A DNA stretch of 64,000 bases, from positions 98,022,001-98,086,000 of the forward strand of contig NC_043000.1 in the NCBI RefSeq assembly GCF_006345805.1. The letters are read 5' to 3'. Of this stretch, positions 26,101 through 41,371 are shown piece after piece (the first letter of the stretch is position 1; each line of letters starts with the position of its first letter). The notes below the pieces were generated by a model, which saw only the letters and a list, made by a program, of their open reading frames with translations, made no database searches and was not told where the DNA came from. Both the position numbers and the translations under genes were made by a program. Source of the DNA: Octopus sinensis. Taxonomy: Eukaryota.

Positions 26101-28900
26101 CCTGGCCTTTTATCCTTCTGGAATCAGCTAAATAAAATACCAGTCAATTTAATTGATCAACTGCTACTCCTAATTCCTGCAGTATTTTATTATGTTTATT
26201 TATGGTCAGAGTTCAGATATTATCAGTGTCAAAATATCTTTCATCTCCTTGGGGCAACATTAAGTGATAAATGTTAATGATACATTGTAAGTTGATCCAA
26301 ATGACTAAACTTATCACAACTTGTGGCCTAATGTCAGTGTCAGATATCATTGTTACTATTGTTATTGTCAGATAAAGGATTTATAGAATCAATAGAGTTT
26401 GAGTCAACAAAATGATTTGTGCTGTTTAGTTATAGCATTTTACACTATGTGATCACATCGTGTCAGGATTGACTTTAGTTTTTCTCATCAATAAAATAAA
26501 TACCACTCAAGTACTACAGTCAATATAATCAGTTATGATTCCTCTCCTATGCAGACATCCACACTAACTTGAGGCATTGTGTCTATCCTATATTTGGTTG
26601 CAGACATAGTTGTATATTTAAGAAGTTTGCTTTGCAATCACATGCTTCCAGGTTCTATTCTACATCACCTTAAAGAAGTATCTTTTTTTAAAACCTTGGC
26701 TTGATCTGAAACTTTAGAATTTGTTAAGATATATTTAAAAAAGAAAGGTCCATCATGCATATGTGTGTGAATGTGTGACATTGCATGCTACCTGTGAACA
26801 AATAATGATATACAAGTGATGACCTTTGTCTGCAAGTTTCCATGAAAACATGCCTGGACTCAGGGAAAACATTGCCTTGCTTGGCAACAGTTGAGGGTTG
26901 ACAATAGGAAGAGCACTCAGCTGTAGAAAGTCTGCCTCAATAAATACCATCTGACATATACAAGCACAGAAAAATATGCACTAAAGTAGCAACCATGACA
27001 GTAGGAGCTGCTACTTCAGTTGAAAATAAAGAAATTACGAAAAGACTACCCGATCATTCTCATTGCCTCTTCTACTTATATCTAACCACTAAATACAACA
27101 CACTTTTCATTACATTGGTGATAAGCTTAATTAAATTTCTAATTTTTGTTTATGTTTGTGCCATATTTCTTTATCTGTGTCTAATTCTAAAAACACATAA
27201 AAACAAAGCAAAAGAAATGGTGTTTAAAGTTAGCCATTTCCCCCCCATGTATGTGCATCTTGCTAGCAGTCACTGGTTTATTATGTTTTATATGGCTGTT
27301 ATGGAGAGATAGCTGAATAGGCAGAAGAAAGATTGGTTAGCAACATTAGATTAATGTGATAATTGAAGAAATAATTAACCCTTAGTGCACACCCATTTTT
27401 ACATTGTATTTTTCTTAATAACAAGTGATTAGGTTCTTTCCCATTACATGACACATAGGGACAAGATTTGTGTTGGCCTAAGCAAATTTGAGTAGAACTT
27501 GGTTGAGTAAATTTGAGTTAAAGAAAACTCTCTGGCTTTTCTCTGAAATTAAAAAAAAAAAAATCACAGCTCCTTTGAATTTTAAGAGACTATCACACCC
27601 ACCCACTCTGAGGCTCAAAAGTGGCTTTATTCCATTGTGCCAAATTCTTCTCAGAGGTCCTTGTTGCTGCAACATAAAGAGAGAATAACATAAATTATAT
27701 ACCAGTTTTTAGATAGTACAAACAATTACATTGTGTTTATATAGGTATCTGTGAGTGTGTGTGTGTGAATACATTTCTCTTTCCATATTCCCCTTTCACT
27801 GAACACACTTGATCTGAACTTCATGCCCTCATCTACAATAATAGTTTAACCCAGTTAGAGAGTTATTGAGTGCTTCCTTTAGGTATACTGTGTATGTTTT
27901 TTTAAAGTACCAAAGAATGTAGATTTGAACTGAAACCTTCTATAACCACTTTTTTTTCTTTTTTTTTCTTCTTTATAGATAAATACAATACATACAACAG
28001 AATGTATAATAAACAAAGAATACAAGACTATTTCTTAAAACTTCACTAAAAAAATATGGCCTTTTCATTTTGATTTTGTTACTATTTTGAAAATAAGGAA
28101 ACCTCACAATTTGTTAGAAATAACAACCAAATCTCCATAAAATAATTGTTTCTTGTCTTAAAAAAGATAAAGAACAGCTTGGATGATGTGGTCTTGGAGT
28201 TTGTTATGTTTGGATAAAAATAGTATGGTCACAGCTGAAGCATTTTTGTTTATAGATCCTCTTACAGGGGTTCATCTGGAGAATAAACGACAGCAATAGC
28301 TCAGTGTGAGAAGAGCAGCACTGCACCTGTGATCCTTTTTATTGTTTGGGGGCCTCTTGATGAGGGGAAGTTATCTTTGAACAGAAGCTATGGCTTGAAT
28401 GTGTGCAATAAAGTGTACTCCTTTGTAAATGCACCAATGGATCAGAGAGCAGTGTTAAATCGGGAGATGGTTAAAGTCCACTATCCAAAAGTTGGAAGTT
28501 TATTACTGAGATTTTTGGATATCATGTTGGCAGACAACAGTGGCAGTGATTACTACAAACACAACCACCAGCACAACTCTTGTGTGCCATCATCATATTT
28601 ATTTGCCATAGGAGTGGAAAATTGGCAGAGTTATTAGAATACCAGGCCAGAAGCAAAGACTCTTTGCATGCTGGATTAAAATCCTGCCATGAGCTACTTA
28701 GGTGGACGACTTGGCTTTTCGCTAGGTTTAACACCATTCCCTGGCACCTTGGGTGCATTTAGCAAAGCTTACCTTGTTTCATGCATTCAGGCTAAATTTC
28801 CAGTTCTAGGATTCCTGCCTCTTATCAGTTTTGGAATCCCTATAATGAATCATAGGCACTGCCTTCTCTCTTGATGCAAAGATAAAAAAAAGATTTTTAA

Positions 28901-29288
28901 TTGGCATAGTTGTATGATTTAGAAACTCATTATACGACCATGTGCTTTCAGGTTTTATCCCATTGCATCATACCTTGAGGAAATGTTTTCTGCTATAGCC
29001 TCAGGCTAACCAATGCCTTGTGAATGAATTTGGTTGGAGGAAACTGTAGAAGCCTGTTGTATATGTGTGTATGTATGTGTGTCTTCATGTCTATATTTAT
29101 ACTCCATACCAGTGTTGATTTGTTTATGTCTCTGAAGCTTAGCAGTTCAGCAAAAGAGACAATAGAATAAGTACCAAACTTTAAAAAACTAAATAGTGAT
29201 ATTGATTTGTTAGACTAAAAACAAAAACCATTCAAGGTGGTGCCCTAGACTGACCCCCAGTCCACTGACTGAAACAAGTCAAAAAGAT
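28901..29288 (+). mobile_element. SINE family A with CR1-like tail
   Basis: Same head; tail ggtggtgccctag...gactgaaacaagtcaaaaagat. Confidence 0.7.
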
Positions 29289-30070
29289 ATGAACGAATGC
29301 AATATACAACATTGATTATAAAACTAACATTATTACCACTTCTGCTATCTATCACAGCCACTGATAATATGTTTATTTGCCACTGGGGTGACTCACAAGT
29401 ATTACTACAGGCAAGTCTCTATGCAGTCACCTGACCTGCCAGAAAAAGCAGCAAAATGTCTTTCAAACTACTCTGTACATTTAAAAAAAAAAAAGATATA
29501 ATGATAAGGTATTGAAAAATATCAAAATACTAACTTTAAAAACAAAAAGGAAAGCAAAAAAGAAAAAGAACTAATCAGATCTGATTTTGGTATTTTTTAT
29601 AAAGTTAGCTTAAATGTTTTTGTACATTTATAATTTTTGTGTGTGTCATCAGTATCATCATTTTACATCTATTTTTCCAAACCAGCATTGGCTGGACAGG
29701 TGTCAGCACGTAACTGAAGAAATTGATCAATTCTTTTCTTTGTGTTTATGTATGTGTGCATGGTTTTTCCAACTGGATACTTTTCCTCTCCCCAACCAGC
29801 CACTTTATGGCATGTACTGGATGTGTTTTATTGTGCACCACCGGCACTAAAAAGACGACTTGTTACTGTTCTCTAAGATGGATCACTTTGGATGCAAGTT
29901 GAGGAATCTATATCTCCTTCATTCATTCCTTTGTTTATTTGTATGTGTCTTTGTGCACACACACACCTGCATGTATTTATACACTCAGTGTCAGTGACCG
30001 AGTCATAGATGTATGATTAAAGTATGTATAAATAACAATACTATTATTACAAAATATAACAAAAGTTAAT

Positions 30071-31450
30071 ACAGTAATCCCTCTACTATCGTGGGTGTTA
30101 CATTCCAAAACCTCCCACGGTAGGTGAAAATCTGTGAAATAGAAACAGTACTGTATATACTTTCCATCATTTTTATATTTGTATATATTTATTTTATTAT
30201 AAATGCGAAGCAATACCATGCACTCACCTCCAGAGTTTTATTTCCCATACAGTATGTGAAATTCTTTGTTTTCTCATCCATGGTACACTATTTTCTTTTA
30301 ATATATTTTAATTAATGTGTTATACAGTGCAGTACTGTACTCTGTTTTTATTTACTAATTTACTAGCTGACGTACTCGGTAATTCCCAGGACAGCGGGGC
30401 TTATCCCTTGGTTCCATTCTCATAATTGTTTTGCTAACAACAATACAAAGTATGTAGCCCTTAAAAGAGTTTCTGTGCCTTTATTGAGAATACCGAACTG
30501 TCTTATACAGGATGTTGTTTTTAAGAATTCCCAATAAGTTATGAATACCCAAATTGTGAAGTCAGTTATGTAATAACATGAAATGAATTACCCGATAGTA
30601 AGAATTCAAATAAAGTATCCCCGAAAAGGGCTTTAATACATTCCCAGAGTATATAGAACTTATGAGGAAATACTAATAAGGTATGTATACTAAAATCATA
30701 AAGCATGTTATGCAATAACAGGCTAATCAGATATGAGATAATGACAATTCAAAGTAAATAACTCTGAAAAGAGCTTTTGTGCATTCGCAGAGAATATTAA
30801 CCTCAGCGGCACCAGTTTTGGTATATTTGTGAATAAGTCACTAACCAAAATAAGTGGATCTATTGTTTAGGAAAATACTATTTACTTGTTTAAGCATTGT
30901 ACTGGATAAATTGCAAAAATAACTCAAATAGTTCAAATACTAAGAAATAAACATAACTCAATTTGATTTATACAAAATAATTTATGAACATGACTGGGTT
31001 ATTTCCCTTGGCTATATATAAGGATCCCTTTCAGGAGTGAATGGGTTATTTCCATTGGATGTTTAAGAATAATATATTAGTTATATGTAGTAGATATAAG
31101 AATCCCCTCCAGGGGCCCTATTATCAATTTTTTTCAACATTCTCAGTATGTCACTAGTTTTCCAGACATGACTTCTACTCATGTGTCAAGTTTCATCAAA
31201 ATCAATAAAACGATGTAGAAAGAGTTAGATAACAACGTCACTGACAATAGATTTCCACATATGTAATAGATTCATTTTTAAGTATGAAAATGCTTATTTT
31301 ACCCCAGAAATAATTAAAATCTCAAAAAATATAAATACCTATCAGCTGCAGAAACCTGCGATATACTGAGGAGTCCATAATATAAATTTACATATATTAG
31401 CCAGAAAAATCGGTGATTTACTGAGTGCAATATGGTGAGGGATTTCTGTA
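30071..31450. mobile_element. Tigger/pogo-type MITE interrupted by a nested element
   Basis: TA-flanked termini cagtaatccctc / gagggatttctg; a second partial copy at about 55001-55370 lacks the insert. Confidence 0.7.
30362..31271 (+). mobile_element. Helentron/HINE-like non-autonomous element
   Basis: Starts actagctgacgtactcggtaattcccagg and ends ccacatatgtaatagat; no obvious TSD; ends shared with 38131-38994. Confidence 0.55.
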
Positions 31451-31505
31451 TTAATGATAGTCTATATACATACATGCACACATGCATTTATGTATGTTTT
31501 AAATA

Positions 31506-32138
31506 TTGTGGGAGCTAACTCTGGACCATATGCTGGCTCCTGGAGTTTATTCCAGGTCATTTGAGCTATATGAGGTCTTGCATTGTCTCACTGCAGAAAA
31601 AGGTCTCTTTCTCTTAACCAATGTTGGATATTTTCACCACAGAATGGCATACATCCACTCCAGCTGTTTGGAGTGCAGGTTGGCATCGATGGCTTGACTG
31701 TCCAGAACAAACTTGTAGTGAATTATCCCCCCCCCCACAATTCCACTAGACATACAGCATCACTTTGTGTTCGAAACACTCATATTTGGTGACAGGTTCT
31801 AGAAGCTGGCCCTTGCTTAACCAATGTTCGCACATGTTACGATTGCGAAAAAATATTTCCTTCGGATTATTACTTGTTCCAATCCATGACTCACTCCCTG
31901 TGCTTACAAATAGTTCATCAACTAGGTGGAGTTGAAAGCTTCAGTGAAGAAGTTCTTTACCTCAAAGGACAAGAACTTCACTCTAAGGACAAGTATGATA
32001 TCAAAGAACTGGCAGAAAGGTGACTTCAGATGGTGCAACACGATGGCCTCTACTTTGAATGCCTGACTGCTTTTGTTTGTAACTTGAGAAACAAAGCAAA
32101 TAAGTTACCAAAATATTGCAAAACTTTTGACTCTACCA
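31506..32138. mobile_element. Mariner transposase relic with an internal inversion
   Basis: Minus 31506-31850: KVMLYV*WN, LQ*DNARPH, PAYGPELAPT. Plus 31858-32138: PSDYYLF, KELAER*LQMVQHDGLYFE and a TIR-like end. Confidence 0.8.
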
Positions 32139-32569
32139 CAATTTATTTAAATAAATAGCAATACTATTACTAAATATAACAAAAATTAATATTAATAACA
32201 GTGTACATATATACATTCATAAACACACACACTTATATATGTTTTAAATAGCTACCATTGACTCTACTACAATCTATTTAATTATAGTTACCACTAAAAA
32301 CAGACATAGCAACAAAATAAATTGTCATTTTTCATAGACATTTTATTTTCCAAATTAAAACATAGCTTAAATTTCAGACTCCATTAGAAATTAATTGAAT
32401 AATAATTCATCTCTTTTCACAGTTTGAATTATAAAGAAAAGAATAATTTAATTAGTTTTGTTTCATCTTTTGTTAGTTTGTCTTTTGTAGTTTTTTTTTA
32501 GTTGAACAACAAAAGTATGTTTCTTATGATGATTTTTTATATTTTTTCTTTTCTTTTTAACTTTTTCAG

Positions 32570-32644
32570 ATGTGTCATGGTGTTTGTTTTTACATTTTTC
32601 ATGTGTCATATCCTAGCTATTTATTCAATATTTCCATTAATATG
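32570..32644 (+). CDS. Internal coding exon B of the NEF1-like gene (CVMVFVFTFFMCHILAIYSIFPLI-W)
   Basis: Long T-rich tract and ttcag acceptor; TG|gtaagt donor; 75 nt, phase 2 to phase 2; hydrophobic TM-like peptide; TG+G=Trp across the next junction. Confidence 0.85.
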
Positions 32645-35029
32645 GTAAGTTTTACTTTTTTTTACTTGTTATTTTAATTTTGCTTAATTAATACATAAAC
32701 AAATATATATATATTCCAAAAGGTGTGTGTGCATATATGCATGTATGGGTGTTTGTATGTATGCATGTATGGGCGTTTGTGTATGTATGTTTATGGTGCA
32801 TGTGTGTTGTGTAATATATATATATATATAATATCTTTATCATTTATCTTTTGCTTGTTTCTGTCATTGGCTATGCTGGAGTACCATCTTGAAGGGGCTA
32901 GACAAACATATTGATCCCAGTACTTTTTGTTTTAAGTTTGGTACTTATTCAAGCAGTTTTGTTTGCCAAACTGCCAAGTTATAAGGACATAAACAAACTA
33001 ACACCAGTTGTCAAATGCTGGTGGGAGACACACACACACACACACTCATACACATTTTTAATGCTCTTATTTCGGTCATTAGACTATATCCACACATACA
33101 CAAAGGGCTTTTCTGGCTTGCAAATTCATTTGCAAGGCATTTGTTGACCTGGAGCTTTTGTATAAGACTTTTGCCCAAAATGCCACCTGGTGGGACTGAA
33201 CATGATATCCTATTGTCACAAAGCAAGGTGTATGCAAGCATAGTTGTGTGGTTGAGGAATCCTATTGATAGGAGTCTTCAGTACAAATTGAGTTTCTGTT
33301 TTACTTAAATTTACTTTTCTCTTTTTCAATCTCTGGTCATTATCCAAATGACATGTATAAACACCAAAATATGAAAAAATGTGGGTTCCAATGATGAATG
33401 AGTCAAATTGTGACAATTCAGCCAACCTATGGTAGTACAGAAGGCAGATGTAAAAATGGTTTCTGTAGCTTGGACAGAAATGTGCACTAGCTGATTTGTC
33501 TTTTATATTTGACATATTCCATAAAGACGGAAGATTTTAGTGATAACCAAGTAAGCATTTACAGTTTACTGTTATCCATTATTAGCAAGGTGTGTTTGTG
33601 CCTTTTGCCAAAGACACAAAGCAGAAAATAGGATACAGACAGTTACTCCTTCTTTCTGTTAACTTGTAGCTTAACCCTCTTAATGTCAGATTGTTCAGTC
33701 CATGCCAGCTCAGTAAAACAGATATAAACAATGATATCTTTCTCTTTTTTTCTCTCTCTCCCCACTCCCTCTCCTCATATTACATGCCTGTTTGATAGAG
33801 GTCATCAATCGTGGACTTTCACACCAAAGTCTTAAAGTTCATGATTTTTTTTTCTTGGGAAAGATACAGCAGTGTTTTCCCATTATTTTCAGCAAGTTTA
33901 CTCTGTTAGTCTCCTGCCCTCCGAAGTTTACCTTTTAAGCACAGGCAAGGGGACTGTTTCACATGACATTAGGGTATGTGTATATACTGGTGGGTCTAGG
34001 ACCCTACCCTCCTTCAAACTGTGTGTCTCAACCATAGGTCTATCTTTTGCTACGTGACTCATAACTGAGGTTCTTTGAGACGTATGGCCAACCCAGGCCA
34101 GAACAGAGCTGGGAGTAATGGTGACTACATGTAACTCCTAAACATGTAATTGTGAAGCCAAGTTTTGACCACACACCCATGCTTGTATAAATACACTGTC
34201 TTTATGATTTAGAAAAGTTCAGTATAACCAAAATTTTGGTAAGATTTAATAAAATACCCTTACTTTGCACAGTATAAATGATCATATAGGTAAGATTAAT
34301 AAAACAAGACAAGCAATGTCATTTTCAATATCTTAAAAAATAATTTTGTTATATAGTCCCTTTTAATTTTCTATGTGAACTGCATGTTATGGTAGATCTT
34401 TATAATAATGTTAGATCTTAAGTGCACCTCAGAATCAAGAAGATTATGAGTCACTGATATAGACGATTAAATGCTGGGATGCAACCCGTAAATTCAATGT
34501 ACAGAATATGCCATGCTTCATCAGTCTGGCGTGGGACCATACTATGCATACAAGTATGTATTTGGTTTTTGTTTTGTTCCTTGTCTTGCAAAATTACTTG
34601 GTGACCCTGCCAATGCTGGTGCCACTTAAAAAGCATCCAGTCCACACTGTCAAGTGGTTGACATTTGGAAGGGCATCCAGCTGTAAAAACCATGCCGAAA
34701 CTGACATCACCTTTGCTAGTGCCACCTAAAATGCACTCAGCCCACTCTGTGGGGTGGTTGGGGCATCCAGCCATAAAAACCATGCCAAAACAAGCTGTCT
34801 GGCCAGCTCCCGTCAACCCATGCCAGCATGGAAGGAGGATGTTAAATGATGATGAGGATGATGATGATTATCCCTGATTGAACAGATCAGTATCTTTCCT
34901 TTCTTTTTAAGAAGGTAGAGTATCATTTGAAGAAACTCAACAAATTGAGTGGAAATATGTGTTTAATTTGGGTGGAGGGCTGAGTGTGATATATTTTTAG
35001 CATTGTGTGACAACCTTCATTCATCACCC

Positions 35030-35380
35030 TGATAGTTTTAACTCAGCACTCTGACAATCTTGATTCAGCATCTTAACAATCATTGCTCAGAATCCTGGCA
35101 ATCTTGAGTCAATAACATGACAATCTTGATTCAACATCCTAAATCCATGCTCTCATATTGTTCCACATCTTGTCATTTTTGAACCACACCATGACATTCA
35201 TGGTCCCAATCTCTGGTGTTCTTCTCCCTGTGCTCTTGTATTCTTTAACTTGCATTTTGACATTCTTAACTACTCTCCTTGACATTCTTCATCCTACACC
35301 CTGACATTCTTGACTCTGCACTCTGACATTCTTGATTCATGCCTCTATATTCATGACTCAGCTCCTTGATATTGTCAACA
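35030..35380. repeat. Degenerate minisatellite, about 21-22 bp unit (ctgacattcttgactc...)
   Basis: Recurrent tgacaatcttgattc / tgacattcttgactc units. Confidence 0.7.
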
Positions 35381-35577
35381 ATCCATCAAAAACCTCGTTT
35401 CGATGTAGCACTCTATTGACAAACATTTCAATGTGCACATGAAATAAGAGGTAGATGCTGTTGCAACTATACTTAGACAAACTCAAGTGGTTTTGAGCAG
35501 CTGAACACGATGTGTTAGAATCTACACATACTACAACAGGTTGCAATACATTACTTAGTCCCCTTACATGTTTATGA

Positions 35578-36480
35578 GCTTAATTCTCATCAAATCTGTT
35601 GCCTGTGTGTTTCAATTAATTATGAAAATTTTTAGAATTTGCAAAGGTTTAATAAAATGACTAATATTGTAATTATCAAGCTGGTGTTTTGTAAGGTAAC
35701 TTAACAGAAATATTCTTACATAAATTTATGATGTGTGGTTTTAATTTCACTATGAACATTTTAAAACAGATTTTGTTGTGTCTGGGGAGAGTCATACTGT
35801 CTTAATATCTAACACATTCACCAGTTTAATTTCCTCTCATTTATTTTGGAAAAGAAAAAGTATAAATAATAAATGAGTGTAAATTGAACCAGTGAGTGTG
35901 TTAGATATTAAGTATTTTAAAACAGGTTTGCTATTAATAGAATAATATAACAAGAGTCAGTTTCAAGTAAGTTGATTTATCGAAAAGCTCTTTAACTCTT
36001 TTGATACAAACCCACCTGGACTGCCCATAGTCATGTGGTACAAACTTCAGTTTAAAGTTATCTATATTAAAGCTTTCCATTAAAATTTCATGCTAGATTA
36101 TGTTCCAAATACCAGCTTAACCCTTTACCATTCAAATTATTTTGTGAAATGTAATGCTTATTTATTCACATTTAAAAAAATTAAAATGTATTAGTTTATA
36201 GTTTTCAAGATTTCAAAAATGTAATTGTTTATCTTCTAGAATGACATTACAGGGTAAGTGTGAGAGGTCAGATCTGACCAGTTTAAACATAAAATAGGCA
36301 GAATATTTGAGCTGGATATGGCTGGTTTAAATGTTTAATAATGTTTAATAAAGTGTTTAAATATTTAATAAAGTGTTTAATAATGGCAAAGTTATTTTCG
36401 TAAATTCTTCATTAATTTCAAAATTAACTGAAATGAAGGCATTGTATTTCAGCTGAAATATGGTTGCAAAAAGGCTAATG
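35578..36480. mobile_element. Cluster of nested TTAA-targeting piggyBac-like MITEs
   Basis: A minus copy (about 35578-35994) abuts a plus copy (about 35995-36479), both similar to 55466-55675. A further element starting ccctttacc sits at the TTAA at 36117-36120. Confidence 0.6.
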
Positions 36481-37384
36481 ACTTGAAACTTTATTTCGTT
36501 TTGCTCTGTGTATGTGTATATACAGGTAACCTGTATCCTGGTTAAAGTGTTGGTAATATATTATAGTAACATATGCATGTAGCCATCTAGTTGATAATAG
36601 CTGAAACTATTGTAGTAGTGATGGAAGAAGCAGAGGTAGTGATTTATTCCTCATCAGAAGTCAAAGAGTTAGAGAGTGTTAATGAAATACAATTTTCTTG
36701 GATTAGTCTAGTCAGAGTAACCTTCCTGTGAATTCAATTTATGATAGTTATGAGGTATATCTTAATTAAATAGAATAATATTTCCTTTCACTTTGGTATA
36801 GGGTGTGGTGGAGTGAGAAAAACGATGTAAGACTAGGATAGTGATGAAATTATTTCCTTCATTACAATTAGCATTAGCATTTAATTCTGGCCTTGTTAAC
36901 ATGACATTGTTGATAATAGGAAAACCTATCATAAATCATTCAGGAAGGGCTGTTTTTCTTAGTTTTATCATATCTGAAGTGAATATTTTCAATGCATCTA
37001 ATCATATTAACTATCTTATGTATGGGTGCTTAATTAAAGGTTAGATAACATGTATTTTATAGATTTTTCTTCTTTTTTTAGTTTTGAAATTATTAAAAAT
37101 AATTTTATTGAGTACTGGGTTAAACTAGTGTGTGTGTGTGTCTACATAAATATTCTTTTACTTGTTTCAGTCATTTGACTGCAGCCATGATGGAGCACTG
37201 TTTTATATATATGTCCACTATTCCATGTATGCATGAGTTAGGCGGAATTTGTTAAGACTGTCTTTTTTATGGTTGGATGCCCTCCCTGTCCCAGTAGGAT
37301 AATACTTCCCGTATAAACATTTTCCCAGGGAAGACTGACAGCAAACAACATTACTTGTATGATGGTGATGCTCTTCTACAACTA

Positions 37385-38130
<746 letters not shown>

Positions 38131-38994
38131 ATCTACTACATATGTGGAAAATAGGTGTGTGTTTGTGGCGTTGTTAGCTAACTCCTCCTACATTCGTTTT
38201 ATTGATTTTGATGAAACTTGACACTTGAGTAGAACTCATGCCTGGAAACCTCATGATATACTTAGATTGTTGAAAAAATTCGATAATAGGGCCCTTCCAA
38301 GGGATCCTTCTATCTACTACATATTACTAATATTTTATTTAAACAACTGAAGAGAAATAACCCATACCACCTGCAGATTTTATTGAAGCGATCAATATTT
38401 GATTCTCACGATCAGCCGACCTAATTCTGCATTTCACTACTCACAGTTTTGAACTGCTAAACATTATTATTGCACTTCCTTAATTTGAATCTTAAACATT
38501 AAAGACTTCATTCATACATTTCTATGCATGCATACTTTTTTGAATGCCCATTACTCCGATAATTCTGCATTTTTGAAGTTACACTTTTTCCATGACAGTA
38601 GATAAATTTTTTTATTCCACAATGTATTTGTAGTGGCTTCATGCAGGCATAGCTTGGATTCCATCCTTGATTGCCAAATTTCAATTAACACTTCAACAGT
38701 GCTTTTCTCATGGTAAAACAATAGTTTTTCTATGAATGACAGCAGTTATACATTTCCCAGATGCCTTCGCTAAACAGGATAATGTCTTTGCCTCTCGCCA
38801 ACCTCTGAAGACCTCTCTCACCAACCTCCAACAATCTCTCCCTCCTCCAGCTGACAGTTTTTTTTGTACTTTATTGTGATGGAAAATACACCTTTTGCGG
38901 CAGTTATAACGAAATTGCTTTCTTACATCAGAGTAATAAGGCATTTCTATAGAACATCTTTACCCCCTAGGAATTACCAGGTACACCAGCTAGT
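38131..38994 (-). mobile_element. Second Helentron/HINE-like copy
   Basis: Reverse complement begins actagctggtgtacctggtaattcctaggg; about 190 bp at the other end match 31080-31271. Confidence 0.55.
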
Positions 38995-39062
38995 GTGTAT
39001 GTATGTATATATATATATATATATATAATATACACACGCACACATGCATACATTCATACATA

Positions 39063-39096
<34 letters not shown>

Positions 39097-39098
39097 TG

Positions 39099-39149
<51 letters not shown>

Positions 39150-39156
39150 CACACAC

Positions 39157-39292
39157 ACACCAAAGTTGGGTGTGGTTACTGTGGCACATTTATGCATTAC
39201 AAACAAAACAAACCATTGGTGTGTAATAGCCAGTCAAGGAAGAAAAAGAAATAGAAAAACATGATCCTGTAACCACACCCAACTCGATATGT
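39157..39292. mobile_element. Small MITE
   Basis: TIR agttgggtgtggttac / gtaaccacacccaact. Confidence 0.65.
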
Positions 39293-40030
39293 ATAAAATC
39301 TAAATAATTCAAGTTCTTTCAACAAATTACTTTTATATGTGACTTCGTGAGTCCAAGTTGACATATGTCATTCCAAAAGCACTTGGAGAGTAATCAATAG
39401 TTGCATATATTATTGTATAATATGGCAAGATTGATGAGATCGAATTCAAATGAAGCAATTGTAAATCTGTGTATTAAAAAGACTTGCTCACTCCATTCCA
39501 CTACTTTGTAATTATAAAATACTCTATGAATATTTATGGATTTAAGACATTTGTTTGACACAACATGCAATCTCCAGATTACTGTCTTGTCTGATAGCCA
39601 ATACCCATTGATGTGCTTAATATGCTAAACTCCAAGGATGTACCTCTAATTTGAAAAGGTACGACCCTGTCAAGTATAGATTTTGTGTCAGTGTGGATGC
39701 CACTAAATGCACTCATGACACAAAATGTGTGTGTTAAATTGCATGACAGATTAAATCTACCACTCAACTTGACCATGGCGGAATTTGAACTCAGAATGCA
39801 AAGAGCCAAAAGAAGTATCATAAGGTATCTGGTCAGTTTTACAGTTCCATCAAACCACTGTTCTGAATGGTAATTTTTTTTATTACCCTGCCTCTCAAGA
39901 AAAATGATAAAATGCAAAGTTGACAGTGACAAGATTTGAACTCAGAGTGTAGAGAATTGAAATAATACCGCAAGGTATTTTGTCTAATGGTCCACCAATT
40001 TGCCAGGTGTACTAAAGTGTTGATGTTTAA

Positions 40031-41117
40031 CCCTTTCATTACCAAACCGCCCAAAGCCGCCCGAACAAAATTTTGGTTTATGAAACCAAACCGCCCAAAG
40101 CCGCCCGAATTTACCTATTCATATTTAAATGAGAATATCAGAGCAAATCTCTTCAGTACATTCGTGAAAACACGTATTATACTTCGTAAACAGTTCAACT
40201 ACAGTTTTGTACAATAATCGAAGTGTAATTTTAATTCCGTGAATTTTGGGAGATTTTTTTCCGAAATTTGTTCCTATTGTGTTTTCAAAATTTGTAATTC
40301 TGACAAAAAATGGATACGAATTTCATTATATCAAGCAGCGAGTCAGAATTCGAAGGATTTTCTACTGAAGACCTTCATAAATCTAACTCTATGACTGAAA
40401 AAAAAAAAGCATGTGGTATTTGATAATGAATCTGATGTTTCATTTTCCGAAAGTGAAAACAGTGAATCCGAGAGCTCCAACAGCGATAAAGAAAACGAAT
40501 TGGCACCTGAATGGAGTGAAAATTTAAAAACTGTTTCTTTCGGTGATTTCTCTGAAGAAACTGGACCAAGCCACAGACTTTCCCAGAAGAGTAAAGCCTT
40601 AGACTATTTCTTTTTACTTTTTCGAATGAGCCTATTTGAAATCATTACAACGGAGATGAACCGTTACGCTAAACGTAAACAAAGCAAAAGAAACGATAGT
40701 TTGTGGTTTCCCTCAACCTTAAATGAAATTAAGACTATTTTGCCGTAAATATTATTATGGGTATCAGAAAGTTACCCAGAATAACAAATTCTATTGTAAA
40801 ATTTTGTTATATACCCAATTGAATATTAGCTAATAACCCATTTTCTATAGCGATGTTTGAACAAAATTTTAATAATTTTATATTTTGTGGAATTTACCTG
40901 TATCTACCTGCAATTAGAGTCACTTTGTAACAAAAATTATAGTATAGAATTGGTTGAGAATATTTCATTAAATTATCTTCCAAAAATCAGATTGATATAT
41001 CGATAAATAAAAAAGTTATAGTTGTTTAATGAAACCAGACTAAATTTATGATTACGTTAGAAATTAATTGAAACACATAAGGGGTGTAATTTGGTCAGAA
41101 ATATAGTAACGAAAGGG
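40031..41117 (+). mobile_element. Internally deleted piggyBac element
   Basis: TTAA TSDs (40027-40030, 41118-41121); TIR ccctttcattac / gtaacgaaaggg; acidic N-terminus plus ALDYFFLLF..EMNRYA..W..TLNEIK..IMGIRKLP of a piggyBac transposase. Confidence 0.9.
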
Positions 41118-41371
41118 TTAAATGAAAAACACCATAAAAATCCTGTTACATTTTCAATGGTATCATGAGATATCATCTGTTGGTTAATATATCTATACAT
41201 AAATAAGCCAACAAGAGAGCTTTTGATCCACTAGAAATAGCGACCAAATTTTCCTCAATTCACATCCTAGCAAAAATAATGATTTATTTTTCCTAGTTTA
41301 TTTGATAATGATGGTATCTATGGATTATCGTCATCTTATTAGTTAATTGTTACATTTAAACAATTCAAGTA

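Noticed and set aside
35030-35380. CRISPR-like array
   Set aside because: Short degenerate tandem units without unique spacers, in a eukaryotic context with no cas genes.
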